A stretch of 51,608 bases of DNA. Source: Bacteroidia bacterium. GTDB lineage: Bacteria > Bacteroidota > Bacteroidia > Flavobacteriales_D > Crocinitomicaceae. Positions 20,147 through 28,950 of the stretch are shown piece after piece (position 1 is the first letter of the stretch; the number at the start of each line of letters is the position of its first letter). Under the pieces are notes generated by a model. The model worked only from the letters and a program-made list of their open reading frames with translations, made no database searches and was not told the origin of the DNA. The stretch covers positions 1-51,608 of the forward strand of contig JAUICI010000010.1 in assembly GCA_030427935.1 (NCBI GenBank), read 5' to 3'. The translations under genes and the position numbers were made by a program.

Positions 20147-21973
20147 GTGAATTTTGCTTTCCACAAGGCCAGATATTTGAAATCACTGACAAAACATATT
20201 TTCATTCTCATTATTTCCCTGTTATGCACTCTGAATAACTCGGGGTATGGACAAAAATATGTGCAGGACAAAAAAGTAAAAGAGCTGATTGATAAGGTTG
20301 ATTATTTCACTGGAAGGGACAATCGTAAAGCTTTGAGTCTGACCATGAAATTGATCAATTGGGGAGAAGACCGAAACGACCGGCATCTTCTTGGAATGGC
20401 GAATGTTAGAAGGGCAATTATCTATGATTTAACCGGTGATACCAAATACGCTTCCATCTATTTTCAAAAAGGCGTCGAGTTTCTTAAGAAGGAAAATGAT
20501 CCGGGAGAACTCGCATTTGCCTACAACAATTTTGGTATTCATTATTACAATCAAAAAGACTGGAATGAAGCCATGAAGTATTACAATCTGGCCATTTCGG
20601 AATACAAAAAAGCGAAGGATGAAGAGTCCGTAATTATCACGAACATCAACAAAGCCATTATTTATAAGAATCTGGAAAGCTTTGATAAAGCACTTGATAT
20701 TTATCAGAAATGTTTAAAATTCTACACGGTCAATTTTGACTCCACCATGCAACTTACCTTGAATCAAAATATTGCTTCTTTGTATTTCGAAAAAGACAAT
20801 ATTGATTCCGCTTTTGCATTTGCCCAAAAAGCTTACAGTTTTCGAACGGAAGACATGGATTTTCCAAGTCAGGCCGGAATTCATGTGCTTTTGTCGAATT
20901 GTTACATTAAAAAAGGCGATTACAATAAAGGACTTTACCATGGGAAGATTGCCATGAAAATAGCTGAGGAAAATGATTTGCCAGAAAGTAAAATGAGCGC
21001 AAGTAAGGCCTTATCCTATGCTTATGAAAGTCTTGGTGATTCCAAGCAGTCCATCAAATACTTCAAAATCTTTTTCGAACTAAACGATTCACTTTTCTAT
21101 AAAAACAAAAGCGATGAGATTTCGGAAATTCGAGCCAAATATCAAGAAAAGTTAGCTCGAGATAAAGACGTCATGGAATCCCGCTTGGAGATCGAAAAAT
21201 TGGAGCAGGAATACATTGTACTTCAGCAAGAAAACCATGCGCAAAAACAAAGAGAATTTTACATCATTACGGTATTGGTCTTAGTCGGCGTGATGATTGT
21301 CTCCATGCTTGTATTCTCTTGGAGTAAAGTGAGAACCAATAAGGAGTTGAGAACCAAAAATGAGATTATTGAATCCGCTCTGAATGAAAAAGATCTATTG
21401 ATTAAAGAGGTCCATCATCGAGTAAAAAACAATTTGCAGTTGATCGTTAGCATGATGGAATTGGATTCCGTCAATATTGATAATCCTGAGGCTCGAAGAA
21501 AAATTCGGGACACAATTGGCCGGATTCAGTCAATCGGTATCATTCACCAAAGACTATACGAGCAAGAAAATGTAACAGAGATTGATTCCTCCATCTATTT
21601 CGATAATCTGTTTGAGGAAATCCTAAGAACGTCCACGAAAGAAGTAAAATTCAATGTCAATATTGACGATTTCTTTCTAAATATCGATGAGGGGATTTCA
21701 TTTGGACTGATACTAAACGAGATGATTACCAATTCCATCAAGTATGTGGAGGAAAAAGAAATATTGATAAATATTGATTTTTCGAGAAAAAACGATAACT
21801 TAATTATGTCCTATTCTGATAACGGAAACATCTCTAGTGAAGGTGAAGTGAAAGGAACTGGATTTGGCATGAAATTGATTAAGATCATGGCCAGAAAATT
21901 AAAAGGAGATCTTGAGACTACTAGAATCAAGGGAATCGAATACAAATTAACTATTGAAAATTATTTCAAATGA
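20147..21973 (+). CDS. TPR-repeat sensor histidine kinase (HisKA_2 type)
   Basis: N-terminal TPR-like repeats, TM helix (YIITVLVLVGVMIVSMLVF), H-box EVHHRVKNNLQLIVSMMEL, HATPase_c-like C-terminus. Confidence 0.75.
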   Translation: MNFAFHKARYLKSLTKHIFILIISLLCTLNNSGYGQKYVQDKKVKELIDKVDYFTGRDNRKALSLTMKLINWGEDRNDRHLLGMANVRRAIIYDLTGDTKYASIYFQKGVEFLKKENDPGELAFAYNNFGIHYYNQKDWNEAMKYYNLAISEYKKAKDEESVIITNINKAIIYKNLESFDKALDIYQKCLKFYTVNFDSTMQLTLNQNIASLYFEKDNIDSAFAFAQKAYSFRTEDMDFPSQAGIHVLLSNCYIKKGDYNKGLYHGKIAMKIAEENDLPESKMSASKALSYAYESLGDSKQSIKYFKIFFELNDSLFYKNKSDEISEIRAKYQEKLARDKDVMESRLEIEKLEQEYIVLQQENHAQKQREFYIITVLVLVGVMIVSMLVFSWSKVRTNKELRTKNEIIESALNEKDLLIKEVHHRVKNNLQLIVSMMELDSVNIDNPEARRKIRDTIGRIQSIGIIHQRLYEQENVTEIDSSIYFDNLFEEILRTSTKEVKFNVNIDDFFLNIDEGISFGLILNEMITNSIKYVEEKEILINIDFSRKNDNLIMSYSDNGNISSEGEVKGTGFGMKLIKIMARKLKGDLETTRIKGIEYKLTIENYFK

Positions 21974-22686
21974 AAGGCTACTCTAAAGTTTTGATCATAG
22001 AAGACGAACCATTGATTCAGGAACATTTGAATCAGTGTCTACAAGATATCGGATACACGGTAGTTGAAATGATTGATGCCGCGGGCGAGGCGATTGAATT
22101 CCTCAAAAAAAGAAATGACGAGATCGACATCGTGCTTTTAGACATCAACTTAAATGATGAATTAGATGGAATTGACTTAGCCAATATTATCAAAAACGAA
22201 TATGGAATGCCTTTCATGTTTGTGACTTCCTATACTGATGATAAAACAATAGAAAGAGCCAAACATACGGGTCCGGTTGGATATATTGTAAAACCTTTTA
22301 CAACAGAAGATCTCAAGTCGAATTTAGAGATTGCTTTATTCAATTATCAGAAGGAAATTCAAGAGTCCATAACGAGTGATTTCATTTATGTGAAAAAGGA
22401 TCATGAGTTGAAAAAACTGTCTTTTTCTGACATCACGTATCTGGAAGCCAATGACAATTATTGCATGGTTTATACGGAAGATGGTCGCTATCTACTTAGT
22501 AAAACACTTAAAAAAACCATCACAAAATTCCCTCCTTCAAAATTTGTACGAGTGCATCGTTCTTATGTCATCAACATCGATAAAATTGATTCCATTGGTC
22601 CGAACTACATCAAAATGAAGGACAAAGAAATTCCATTAAGTGAATCTTCCAGAAAGGAATTGATGCAGCAAATCGAAACCCTTTAA
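21970..22686 (+). CDS. LytTR-family response regulator
   Basis: REC domain (VLIIEDEP...LLDINL) plus LytTR DNA-binding domain (FVRVHRSYVINIDKI). Start overlaps the kinase stop. Confidence 0.85.
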   Translation: MKGYSKVLIIEDEPLIQEHLNQCLQDIGYTVVEMIDAAGEAIEFLKKRNDEIDIVLLDINLNDELDGIDLANIIKNEYGMPFMFVTSYTDDKTIERAKHTGPVGYIVKPFTTEDLKSNLEIALFNYQKEIQESITSDFIYVKKDHELKKLSFSDITYLEANDNYCMVYTEDGRYLLSKTLKKTITKFPPSKFVRVHRSYVINIDKIDSIGPNYIKMKDKEIPLSESSRKELMQQIETL

Positions 22687-22687
22687 A

Positions 22688-22725
22688 CCCGTTTTAATTT
22701 TAACGAATTCGGGGCTTTTTTCATT
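22688..22725 (+). terminator. Putative terminator after the two-component operon
   Basis: CCCG/CGGG hairpin with inner CGTT/AACG pairing, followed by T6. Confidence 0.4.
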
Positions 22726-22791
22726 TTTAGCTTCAGCCTAAATTCACTATATTGCGTTCCCTTTTGATTAGGGCATTGTAAAAAATATTCT

Positions 22792-24879
22792 ATGGCAGAA
22801 GTTCAGACAGAAAACTTAGTATCAGAAAATCTCACCAAAGACGAATTATTGGAAGCTTTCAAATTGATGTGTACAGCCAAAACACTTGCAGAAAAGTATG
22901 AGGCCAACGCAAAATTAACTTCGAAATATGTACACGCTACTTCCAGAGGACACGAAGCGATTCAATTAGCTACAGGTTTGCAACTAAAACCACAGGACTG
23001 GGTAGCTCCATATTACCGAGACGACAGTATTCTGTTGGGTATCGGGATTACACCATACGAATTATTATTACACATTTTCGCTAAAAAAGATGAGCCTTTT
23101 TCAGGTGGTAGAACTTATTATTCTCACCCTTCTTTGAATCGCGATGACATGCCAAAAATCCCACATCAATCATCTGCTACAGGAATGCAGGCAATTCCGA
23201 CTACAGGTGTTGCAATGGGGGTTCAATTCAAAGAATTACAAGGTTTAGCGGAAGATTACAAAGGTGAAAATCCAGTTGTTGTTTGTTCTTTAGGAGACGC
23301 TTCTTGTACCGAAGGTGAGGTTTCAGAGGCTTTTCAAATGGCAGCTTTGAAACAATTTCCGATTATTTATCTGGTTCAGGATAATGAATGGGATATTTCG
23401 GCAAATGCGGAAGAAACCAGAGCTCAGGATATCACCCATTATGCAAAAGGATTTAAAGGAATCGAAACCCGAACAATTGATGGAACAGATTTCATTCAGT
23501 CTTTTGAGACCATGAATGAAGTCATCAATATTGTTCGAAAAGAAAGAAGACCTTTTATTGTGCATGCAAAAGTTCCTTTATTGGGTCACCATACTTCAGG
23601 AGTAAGAAAAGAATGGTACCGAGATGATTTGGAGGAAGCTGCGAAAAAGGATCCTTATCCAAAATTGAGAGACCTTGCAGTGAATCTTTTCAGCAAAAAG
23701 GAAATCGAAAAAATTGAGAAAGAAATCAGCGATTTCGTTGATACCGAATACGAAAAAGCAAAGGATGCGGAAGAGCCCACACCAGAAAGTGTGAAGGATT
23801 TCATTTTTGCTCCAACTCCAATCACCGAAGAAAAAGGAGAAAGAGCTCCCGAAGGAAAAGAACCAACTGTTATGGTGGATTCTGCACTTTTTGCCATTCG
23901 AGAATTGATGGAGAAACATCCAGAAGCTTTGCTTTACGGACAAGATGTTGGTGGAAGATTGGGAGGTGTTTTTAGAGAGGCCGCCACATTGGCTCAACAA
24001 TTTGGAGACAATCGAGTATTTAATACACCAATTCAAGAAGCATTTATTATTGGTTCCACTGTGGGGATGTCCTGCGTTGGGCTAAAACCAATCGTGGAAG
24101 TTCAATTTGCCGATTATATCTGGCCAGGATTAAATCAGCTTTTTACTGAGCTGTCAAGATCTTATTATTTATCCAACGGAAAATGGCCCATCTCTTCGAT
24201 TGTTCGTGTTCCAATTGGCGCTTATGGTTCGGGTGGACCTTACCACTCGTCTTCTGTGGAGTCTGTTGTGACTCAAATCAGAGGTATAAAAGTAGCTTAT
24301 CCATCTACAGGAGCTGATTTAAAAGGATTGATGAAAGCTGCTTTTTATGATCCAAATCCGGTAGTCATGCTCGAACACAAAGGATTGTACTGGTCAAAGA
24401 TTAAAGGAACGGAAGCTGCTGCTACCATTGAGCCAGATGAAGAATATGTGATTCCTTTTGGAAAAGCGCGAACAGTTTTAGAAGCCGATCATTCAAATGT
24501 TGAAAATGGGAAATCGATTGGTGTTATTACTTATGGTCGTGGAGTGTATTGGACTTTGGAAGCTGAAAAAGACTTTCCGGGTCAGTTAGAAATCATTGAC
24601 TTAAGAACTTTGAATCCTTTAGATGAAGAAGCCATGTATGAATTGACAAGAAAACACAATAAGATTTTATTAGTAACAGAAGAATCTGAAGAATGCGGGT
24701 TCACACTTGGATTGGCAGCAAGAATTCAAAAGAACTGTTTTGAATCTTTGGATGCTCCGATTTCAATTTGTGGTTCAGTTGATACACCAGCAATTCCATT
24801 GAACTCAATATTGGAACACACTTTGTTACCGAATGGAGAAAAAGTCAGCACAAAGATTGGAGAGTTGCTGGCCTACTAA
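22792..24879 (+). CDS. 2-oxoacid dehydrogenase E1 component, fused alpha/beta subunits (TPP-dependent)
   Basis: 695 aa. N-terminal E1-alpha TPP-binding region (GDASCTEGEVSEA) and C-terminal transketolase-like E1-beta. Confidence 0.8.
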   Translation: MAEVQTENLVSENLTKDELLEAFKLMCTAKTLAEKYEANAKLTSKYVHATSRGHEAIQLATGLQLKPQDWVAPYYRDDSILLGIGITPYELLLHIFAKKDEPFSGGRTYYSHPSLNRDDMPKIPHQSSATGMQAIPTTGVAMGVQFKELQGLAEDYKGENPVVVCSLGDASCTEGEVSEAFQMAALKQFPIIYLVQDNEWDISANAEETRAQDITHYAKGFKGIETRTIDGTDFIQSFETMNEVINIVRKERRPFIVHAKVPLLGHHTSGVRKEWYRDDLEEAAKKDPYPKLRDLAVNLFSKKEIEKIEKEISDFVDTEYEKAKDAEEPTPESVKDFIFAPTPITEEKGERAPEGKEPTVMVDSALFAIRELMEKHPEALLYGQDVGGRLGGVFREAATLAQQFGDNRVFNTPIQEAFIIGSTVGMSCVGLKPIVEVQFADYIWPGLNQLFTELSRSYYLSNGKWPISSIVRVPIGAYGSGGPYHSSSVESVVTQIRGIKVAYPSTGADLKGLMKAAFYDPNPVVMLEHKGLYWSKIKGTEAAATIEPDEEYVIPFGKARTVLEADHSNVENGKSIGVITYGRGVYWTLEAEKDFPGQLEIIDLRTLNPLDEEAMYELTRKHNKILLVTEESEECGFTLGLAARIQKNCFESLDAPISICGSVDTPAIPLNSILEHTLLPNGEKVSTKIGELLAY

Positions 24880-24890
24880 AATCAGCAATT

Positions 24891-25280
24891 ATGAAAACTT
24901 TATTGATTATCGCCCTCTGCCTTTTCGGGTTGAATACGAAAAAAGAGCATTATGCTACCTGTAGCACCTTTAAATGTATTGAAAATCATAAGAATCAAAA
25001 AGGTATGGTTGTCGGAACTTTAAGAAAATATACACCGAACAAATCTGGGAAAGGTGCTGGACACATGTTTTGGGATTATGAAATTCTTTTGAGTGATTCG
25101 ACCGCTATTCCAGTTATTGAAGCACCTCGTTTTCATTTAGATTTTAAAGCTTTTTTAGGGAAATCAGTAAAAATGAAGTGTACCTTTTATTATGGAGTAG
25201 TCATTGGAGGCGGACATCCAGAGGCTCAAGCAGCGACGGGATGGCGAATAGATGCCGAAAACATACAAGAAATTAAATGA
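24891..25280 (+). CDS. Hypothetical secreted protein
   Basis: 129 aa, signal peptide, no recognisable domain. Confidence 0.35.
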   Translation: MKTLLIIALCLFGLNTKKEHYATCSTFKCIENHKNQKGMVVGTLRKYTPNKSGKGAGHMFWDYEILLSDSTAIPVIEAPRFHLDFKAFLGKSVKMKCTFYYGVVIGGGHPEAQAATGWRIDAENIQEIK

Positions 25281-25283
25281 GAA

Positions 25284-25312
25284 AAGGGTTGCAAATGCAA
25301 CCCTTTTCCTTT
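25284..25312 (+). terminator. Rho-independent terminator
   Basis: AAGGGTTGCA-aat-TGCAACCCTT perfect 10-bp stem followed by TTCCTTT. Confidence 0.6.
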
Positions 25313-25421
25313 ACTCTACTCGCTACTACTCACTTGACTTGTAGTTATAACATCAAATATCAGAAGAATATTGCATACCACCATAACTTTTTTTCTTTTT
25401 TTAACGATATTTCACAAATAA

Positions 25422-25946
25422 ATGAAACTCTTAACTAAAAGATTATCAATGTCTAGCGCTCTAAATCCCTCTATTTTATTTTTTTCAATTTTTTTATGCT
25501 TACCTAGTTTTGGTCAGGATATTCTTTGGGGAGATTCACTTTCAGCTTCACCCAAAATTAAGATTACTAAAATGGGATGGCTTGAAGGAAATTGGAAATC
25601 CAAGGGAAAGGAAATCTCGATTCAAGAATCCTGGACACGAAATGGAGCACATTCCATGATGGGGGTGGCAAGTATTTATGAAAGAGACAAAATTATTCTA
25701 TTTGAAATCTGCACGATTACCGAAGAAGAAGGTACTTTAATCTTGCGTTTGCGCCATTTTAGTGACCAGCTTAAAGCATGGGAAGAAAAGGATAAGCCGA
25801 TAGAAAAGAAACTTCTAAAAATAGAAAACAGCAAATTCTACTTTGACGGATACACTTTTGAAAAGGTCTCAAAAGATGAAATCAAAATTCACATACAATC
25901 TAATGAAGCGGATGAAAAGCTGACGATTCCTTATATCAGGATTTAA
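25422..25946 (+). CDS. Hypothetical secreted protein
   Basis: 174 aa with signal peptide. Confidence 0.35.
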   Translation: MKLLTKRLSMSSALNPSILFFSIFLCLPSFGQDILWGDSLSASPKIKITKMGWLEGNWKSKGKEISIQESWTRNGAHSMMGVASIYERDKIILFEICTITEEEGTLILRLRHFSDQLKAWEEKDKPIEKKLLKIENSKFYFDGYTFEKVSKDEIKIHIQSNEADEKLTIPYIRI

Positions 25947-26015
25947 ATTATGGTACATTATTTGCCTTATTTCCTGTAAATAATTTTAGTAAATTCGGAA
26001 TTAAATACATTTACC

Positions 26016-26504
26016 ATGAAGCATGTCTTATCAATTCTATTAATCGCCTTTGTAACTATTCAGGTCTCAGCACAGGCTCCAAAAGTAAAATGGAAAACAG
26101 TTGAAGAAGCGCAAGCAGCGAGTAAAAAAGATGGAAAACCTATTCTTCTCGATGCACATACTGTTTGGTGTGGGCCATGTAAACTTTTAACCAAAGTAAC
26201 TTTTGCTGATTCTACAGTGGCGTCCTATTTGAATGAGAATTTCCATGCGGTCAAATTTAATGCAGAAGGAAATGAAGAAATTAAGTTCAATAGTGTTACC
26301 TACAAAAACCCTGGATACAAGCCAGAGAATAAAAACAAAAGGAATTCTCAACATGAATTAGCTCGAAAATTGGAAGTGAGAGCTTATCCAACTGTGCTTT
26401 TTATTGATAATAAAGGATCTGTCATTAAAACCGAACTAGGATATCGAAATCCAGATCAAATGATGGAGGTACTGACAAAAATAATTGAGAAAGGGAAGAA
26501 ATAG
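26016..26504 (+). CDS. Secreted thioredoxin-fold protein
   Basis: Signal peptide and the WCGPC active-site motif. Confidence 0.7.
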   Translation: MKHVLSILLIAFVTIQVSAQAPKVKWKTVEEAQAASKKDGKPILLDAHTVWCGPCKLLTKVTFADSTVASYLNENFHAVKFNAEGNEEIKFNSVTYKNPGYKPENKNKRNSQHELARKLEVRAYPTVLFIDNKGSVIKTELGYRNPDQMMEVLTKIIEKGKK

Positions 26505-26516
26505 CTTCCCTTTTTT
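26492..26516 (+). terminator. Rho-independent terminator overlapping the stop codon
   Basis: GGGAAG-aaatag-CTTCCC followed by T6. Confidence 0.55.
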
Positions 26517-26521
26517 ATGCC

Positions 26522-27334
26522 ATGAAAAGAATCCATTTATTCGAATTCGAAGACCTTAACTGGTTTCCAAACTTCATTCGGGTTTGCATGACCCGATATT
26601 TATTGCTGATCCATAAATTATTTGGATCTCATCCTGTGATTAAAGAACTACTTTCCAAAACCTTGAAGGAAACTGGAGAAAACAAGATCATTGATCTCTG
26701 CTCTGGTGCAGGGGGCCCAATGATCAAGGCCCATCAAGAATTGAGAAAAGAAGAATTTCCTGATCTAGAGCTCAAACTGAGTGATCTCTACCCCAACTTG
26801 AAAGCAGCAGAGCAAATTAATTCAGATCAATTAGAAGGAGTTCAATACGTGAAAGATTCGGTTGACGCCACTCACCCTCAAAAAGAATTGGATGGTTTAA
26901 GGACTATGGTTTGTTCATTTCATCATATGACCAAGGAAAACGCCAAAGCCATTTTGAAAGATGCTTTTGACAACAAACAATCCATTCTCATTTTTGAAAT
27001 TAGTGACAATAGCAGTCCGAAAGCCTTGTGGTGGATCGGAATTCCCTTCAATATTCTGATGGTTTTATTGTTGACTCCTTTCGTTAGACCTTTCTCGATC
27101 CAACAATTTGTATTTACCTATTTGATTCCAATTCTACCACTTGCAATCGCCTGGGATGGAGCGGTGTCAAATGCGCGAACGTATTCACAAAAAGATTTAG
27201 ATATTCTTACATCAGACCTGCAATCGGATGATTATGTTTGGGAAAAAGGCATTGTCAAGGGCAAAGGGAATAAGCTTTGGTTGGTTGGAAGGCCAATGCC
27301 GTTCAACTTCGCTGAAGCTACGTTGAATAAATAA
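26522..27334 (+). CDS. Hypothetical protein with SAM-methyltransferase-like N-terminus and C-terminal TM helices
   Basis: IIDLCSGAGGP resembles MTase motif I. Later hydrophobic helices. Confidence 0.35.
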   Translation: MKRIHLFEFEDLNWFPNFIRVCMTRYLLLIHKLFGSHPVIKELLSKTLKETGENKIIDLCSGAGGPMIKAHQELRKEEFPDLELKLSDLYPNLKAAEQINSDQLEGVQYVKDSVDATHPQKELDGLRTMVCSFHHMTKENAKAILKDAFDNKQSILIFEISDNSSPKALWWIGIPFNILMVLLLTPFVRPFSIQQFVFTYLIPILPLAIAWDGAVSNARTYSQKDLDILTSDLQSDDYVWEKGIVKGKGNKLWLVGRPMPFNFAEATLNK

Positions 27335-27365
27335 TGCGTAATTCGAGAATAATTTAATTACGCAT
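27334..27365. terminator. Hairpin between convergent genes
   Basis: ATGCGTAATT-(12 nt)-AATTACGCAT, perfect 10-bp stem. Confidence 0.5.
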
Positions 27366-27390
27366 TGACCATTTCGAATTACGAATTAAC

Positions 27391-28254
27391 TCACATGAAT
27401 CTTCTTTCCACCATTTCTACGAATTGAGAAACAGGTTTAGATTCAAGATCCCAATTGTGTTTTCCGGACAGATCTCCGAGCATTTTTCGTGCATCATCAG
27501 CTGAATTCATGCCGTCTATGGTATCGACTGATTGATTGAATTCATCTGCATTCCCACCGAAAAGCTCATTGATAAAAGTGAACTTCACATTGATTCCGAT
27601 GGCTGACTTTAAGTTTGCGATGGGTGTGTTCTTTAGTTTGTTGGCTAAGGAATTGTCTTCTACACCAAAATAATTATCGTTTAGTGATCCCGCTGATTTT
27701 TTTTCTTCCATTGCAGCTGCCAATCCGGATTTAGGGCTTGACTCATTTGGAGTACTATTCTTTGTAGGTTCCTGAGCGGAGTCGAAGGATTCTTCCGCTG
27801 GAGTTAACTGATCGATGGTAATGGACTCCTCTTCGGAAACCATTTCTTCTTCCTCTTTGGCATCTTCATTCTTTTCTTCCAACTGTGTTTCTTGGGCCGT
27901 ATCAGATTCATCACTATCACTCGGACTATCAAAAAGATTAAATGAAAATGCGGGTTTTGATTCTTCTTTTGGGGCTTCTACTTCTTCAACCACTTCAGGA
28001 GCCTCTTCGATTATGTTTTGAACTGGTTCCTCCTCTTCAATTTCAGTAACTGACGCTTCAATTGGATCCAAATCAGGAACTTCAAAATCATTTTTTGCCG
28101 TCATGTATTTTAAGACTGCAACTTTATCAGAAAGCTCATTCAAAGTTGTACTCAATTCGTTTAATTCTTCCAAACTGATTTTCCCTTCTTTGATTTTCTT
28201 TGTGAGTTCTTTGACTCTTTTCCCCTGTTTATCAATTGATTTTGAATCTGACAT
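27391..28254 (-). CDS. Acidic hypothetical protein (coiled-coil N-terminus, Glu/Asp/Ser-rich middle)
   Basis: 287 aa, low-complexity acidic region, conserved-looking C-terminal 80 aa. Confidence 0.35.
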   Translation of the reverse strand: MSDSKSIDKQGKRVKELTKKIKEGKISLEELNELSTTLNELSDKVAVLKYMTAKNDFEVPDLDPIEASVTEIEEEEPVQNIIEEAPEVVEEVEAPKEESKPAFSFNLFDSPSDSDESDTAQETQLEEKNEDAKEEEEMVSEEESITIDQLTPAEESFDSAQEPTKNSTPNESSPKSGLAAAMEEKKSAGSLNDNYFGVEDNSLANKLKNTPIANLKSAIGINVKFTFINELFGGNADEFNQSVDTIDGMNSADDARKMLGDLSGKHNWDLESKPVSQFVEMVERRFM

Positions 28255-28374
28255 CTGTTAATAATTTTTCAAAACTATGGCCTCTAAATATCAAATTTAT
28301 CGCCTTTTAATTCTTATTTATGTACTGCTTTCAAAAGTTTACTCACATTTTTAATTTAATAACGAGACCTCAGC

Positions 28375-28950
28375 ATGTTTATTGAGCAAATGCCTTACGA
28401 TTCAAGAAAACACGGATGGATAGAAGTCATCTGTGGATCCATGTTTTCAGGAAAAACTGAAGAACTCATTCGAAGGTTAAAACGAATTCAATTTACGGAA
28501 CAAAGCATTGAGGTATACAAACCAAAAGTGGATGACCGCTATCACAAAACCAAGGTTGTCTCACACGATGAAACCGATTTCGAAGCGATAACGGTAAACA
28601 ATGCCGCTGAAATCAAGGATCATTTCAAAAGGTCTGACGTCGTAGCCATTGATGAAGCTCAGTTTTTTGATGATGGTTTATTTGAAGTTTGTAATTGGTT
28701 GGCCTCTCAAAAAGTTCGGGTAATCATTGCGGGATTGGACATGGATTATTCTGGTCAGCCTTTTGGTCCCATGCCTAGTTTGATGGCCACGGCAGAATAT
28801 GTGACGAAAGTTCATGCCATCTGTGTTAAATGCGGAAGCCTTGCGAATTTTTCATACAGGATCACGAATAATAAAGATGTGGTGGATGTTGGCGAAAAAG
28901 ATAAGTATATTCCCCTCTGTAGATCTTGTTTCAATAAAATTGAACATTGA
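28375..28950 (+). CDS. tdk: Thymidine kinase
   Basis: P-loop GSMFSGKT, VIAIDEAQFF, and C-terminal zinc ribbon CxxC...CRSC. Confidence 0.9.
   Translation: MFIEQMPYDSRKHGWIEVICGSMFSGKTEELIRRLKRIQFTEQSIEVYKPKVDDRYHKTKVVSHDETDFEAITVNNAAEIKDHFKRSDVVAIDEAQFFDDGLFEVCNWLASQKVRVIIAGLDMDYSGQPFGPMPSLMATAEYVTKVHAICVKCGSLANFSYRITNNKDVVDVGEKDKYIPLCRSCFNKIEH

Noticed and set aside
22792-24879. Fused E1 alpha/beta 2-oxoacid dehydrogenase as a novelty
   Set aside because: The single-polypeptide E1 form is common in Bacteroidota and unremarkable.
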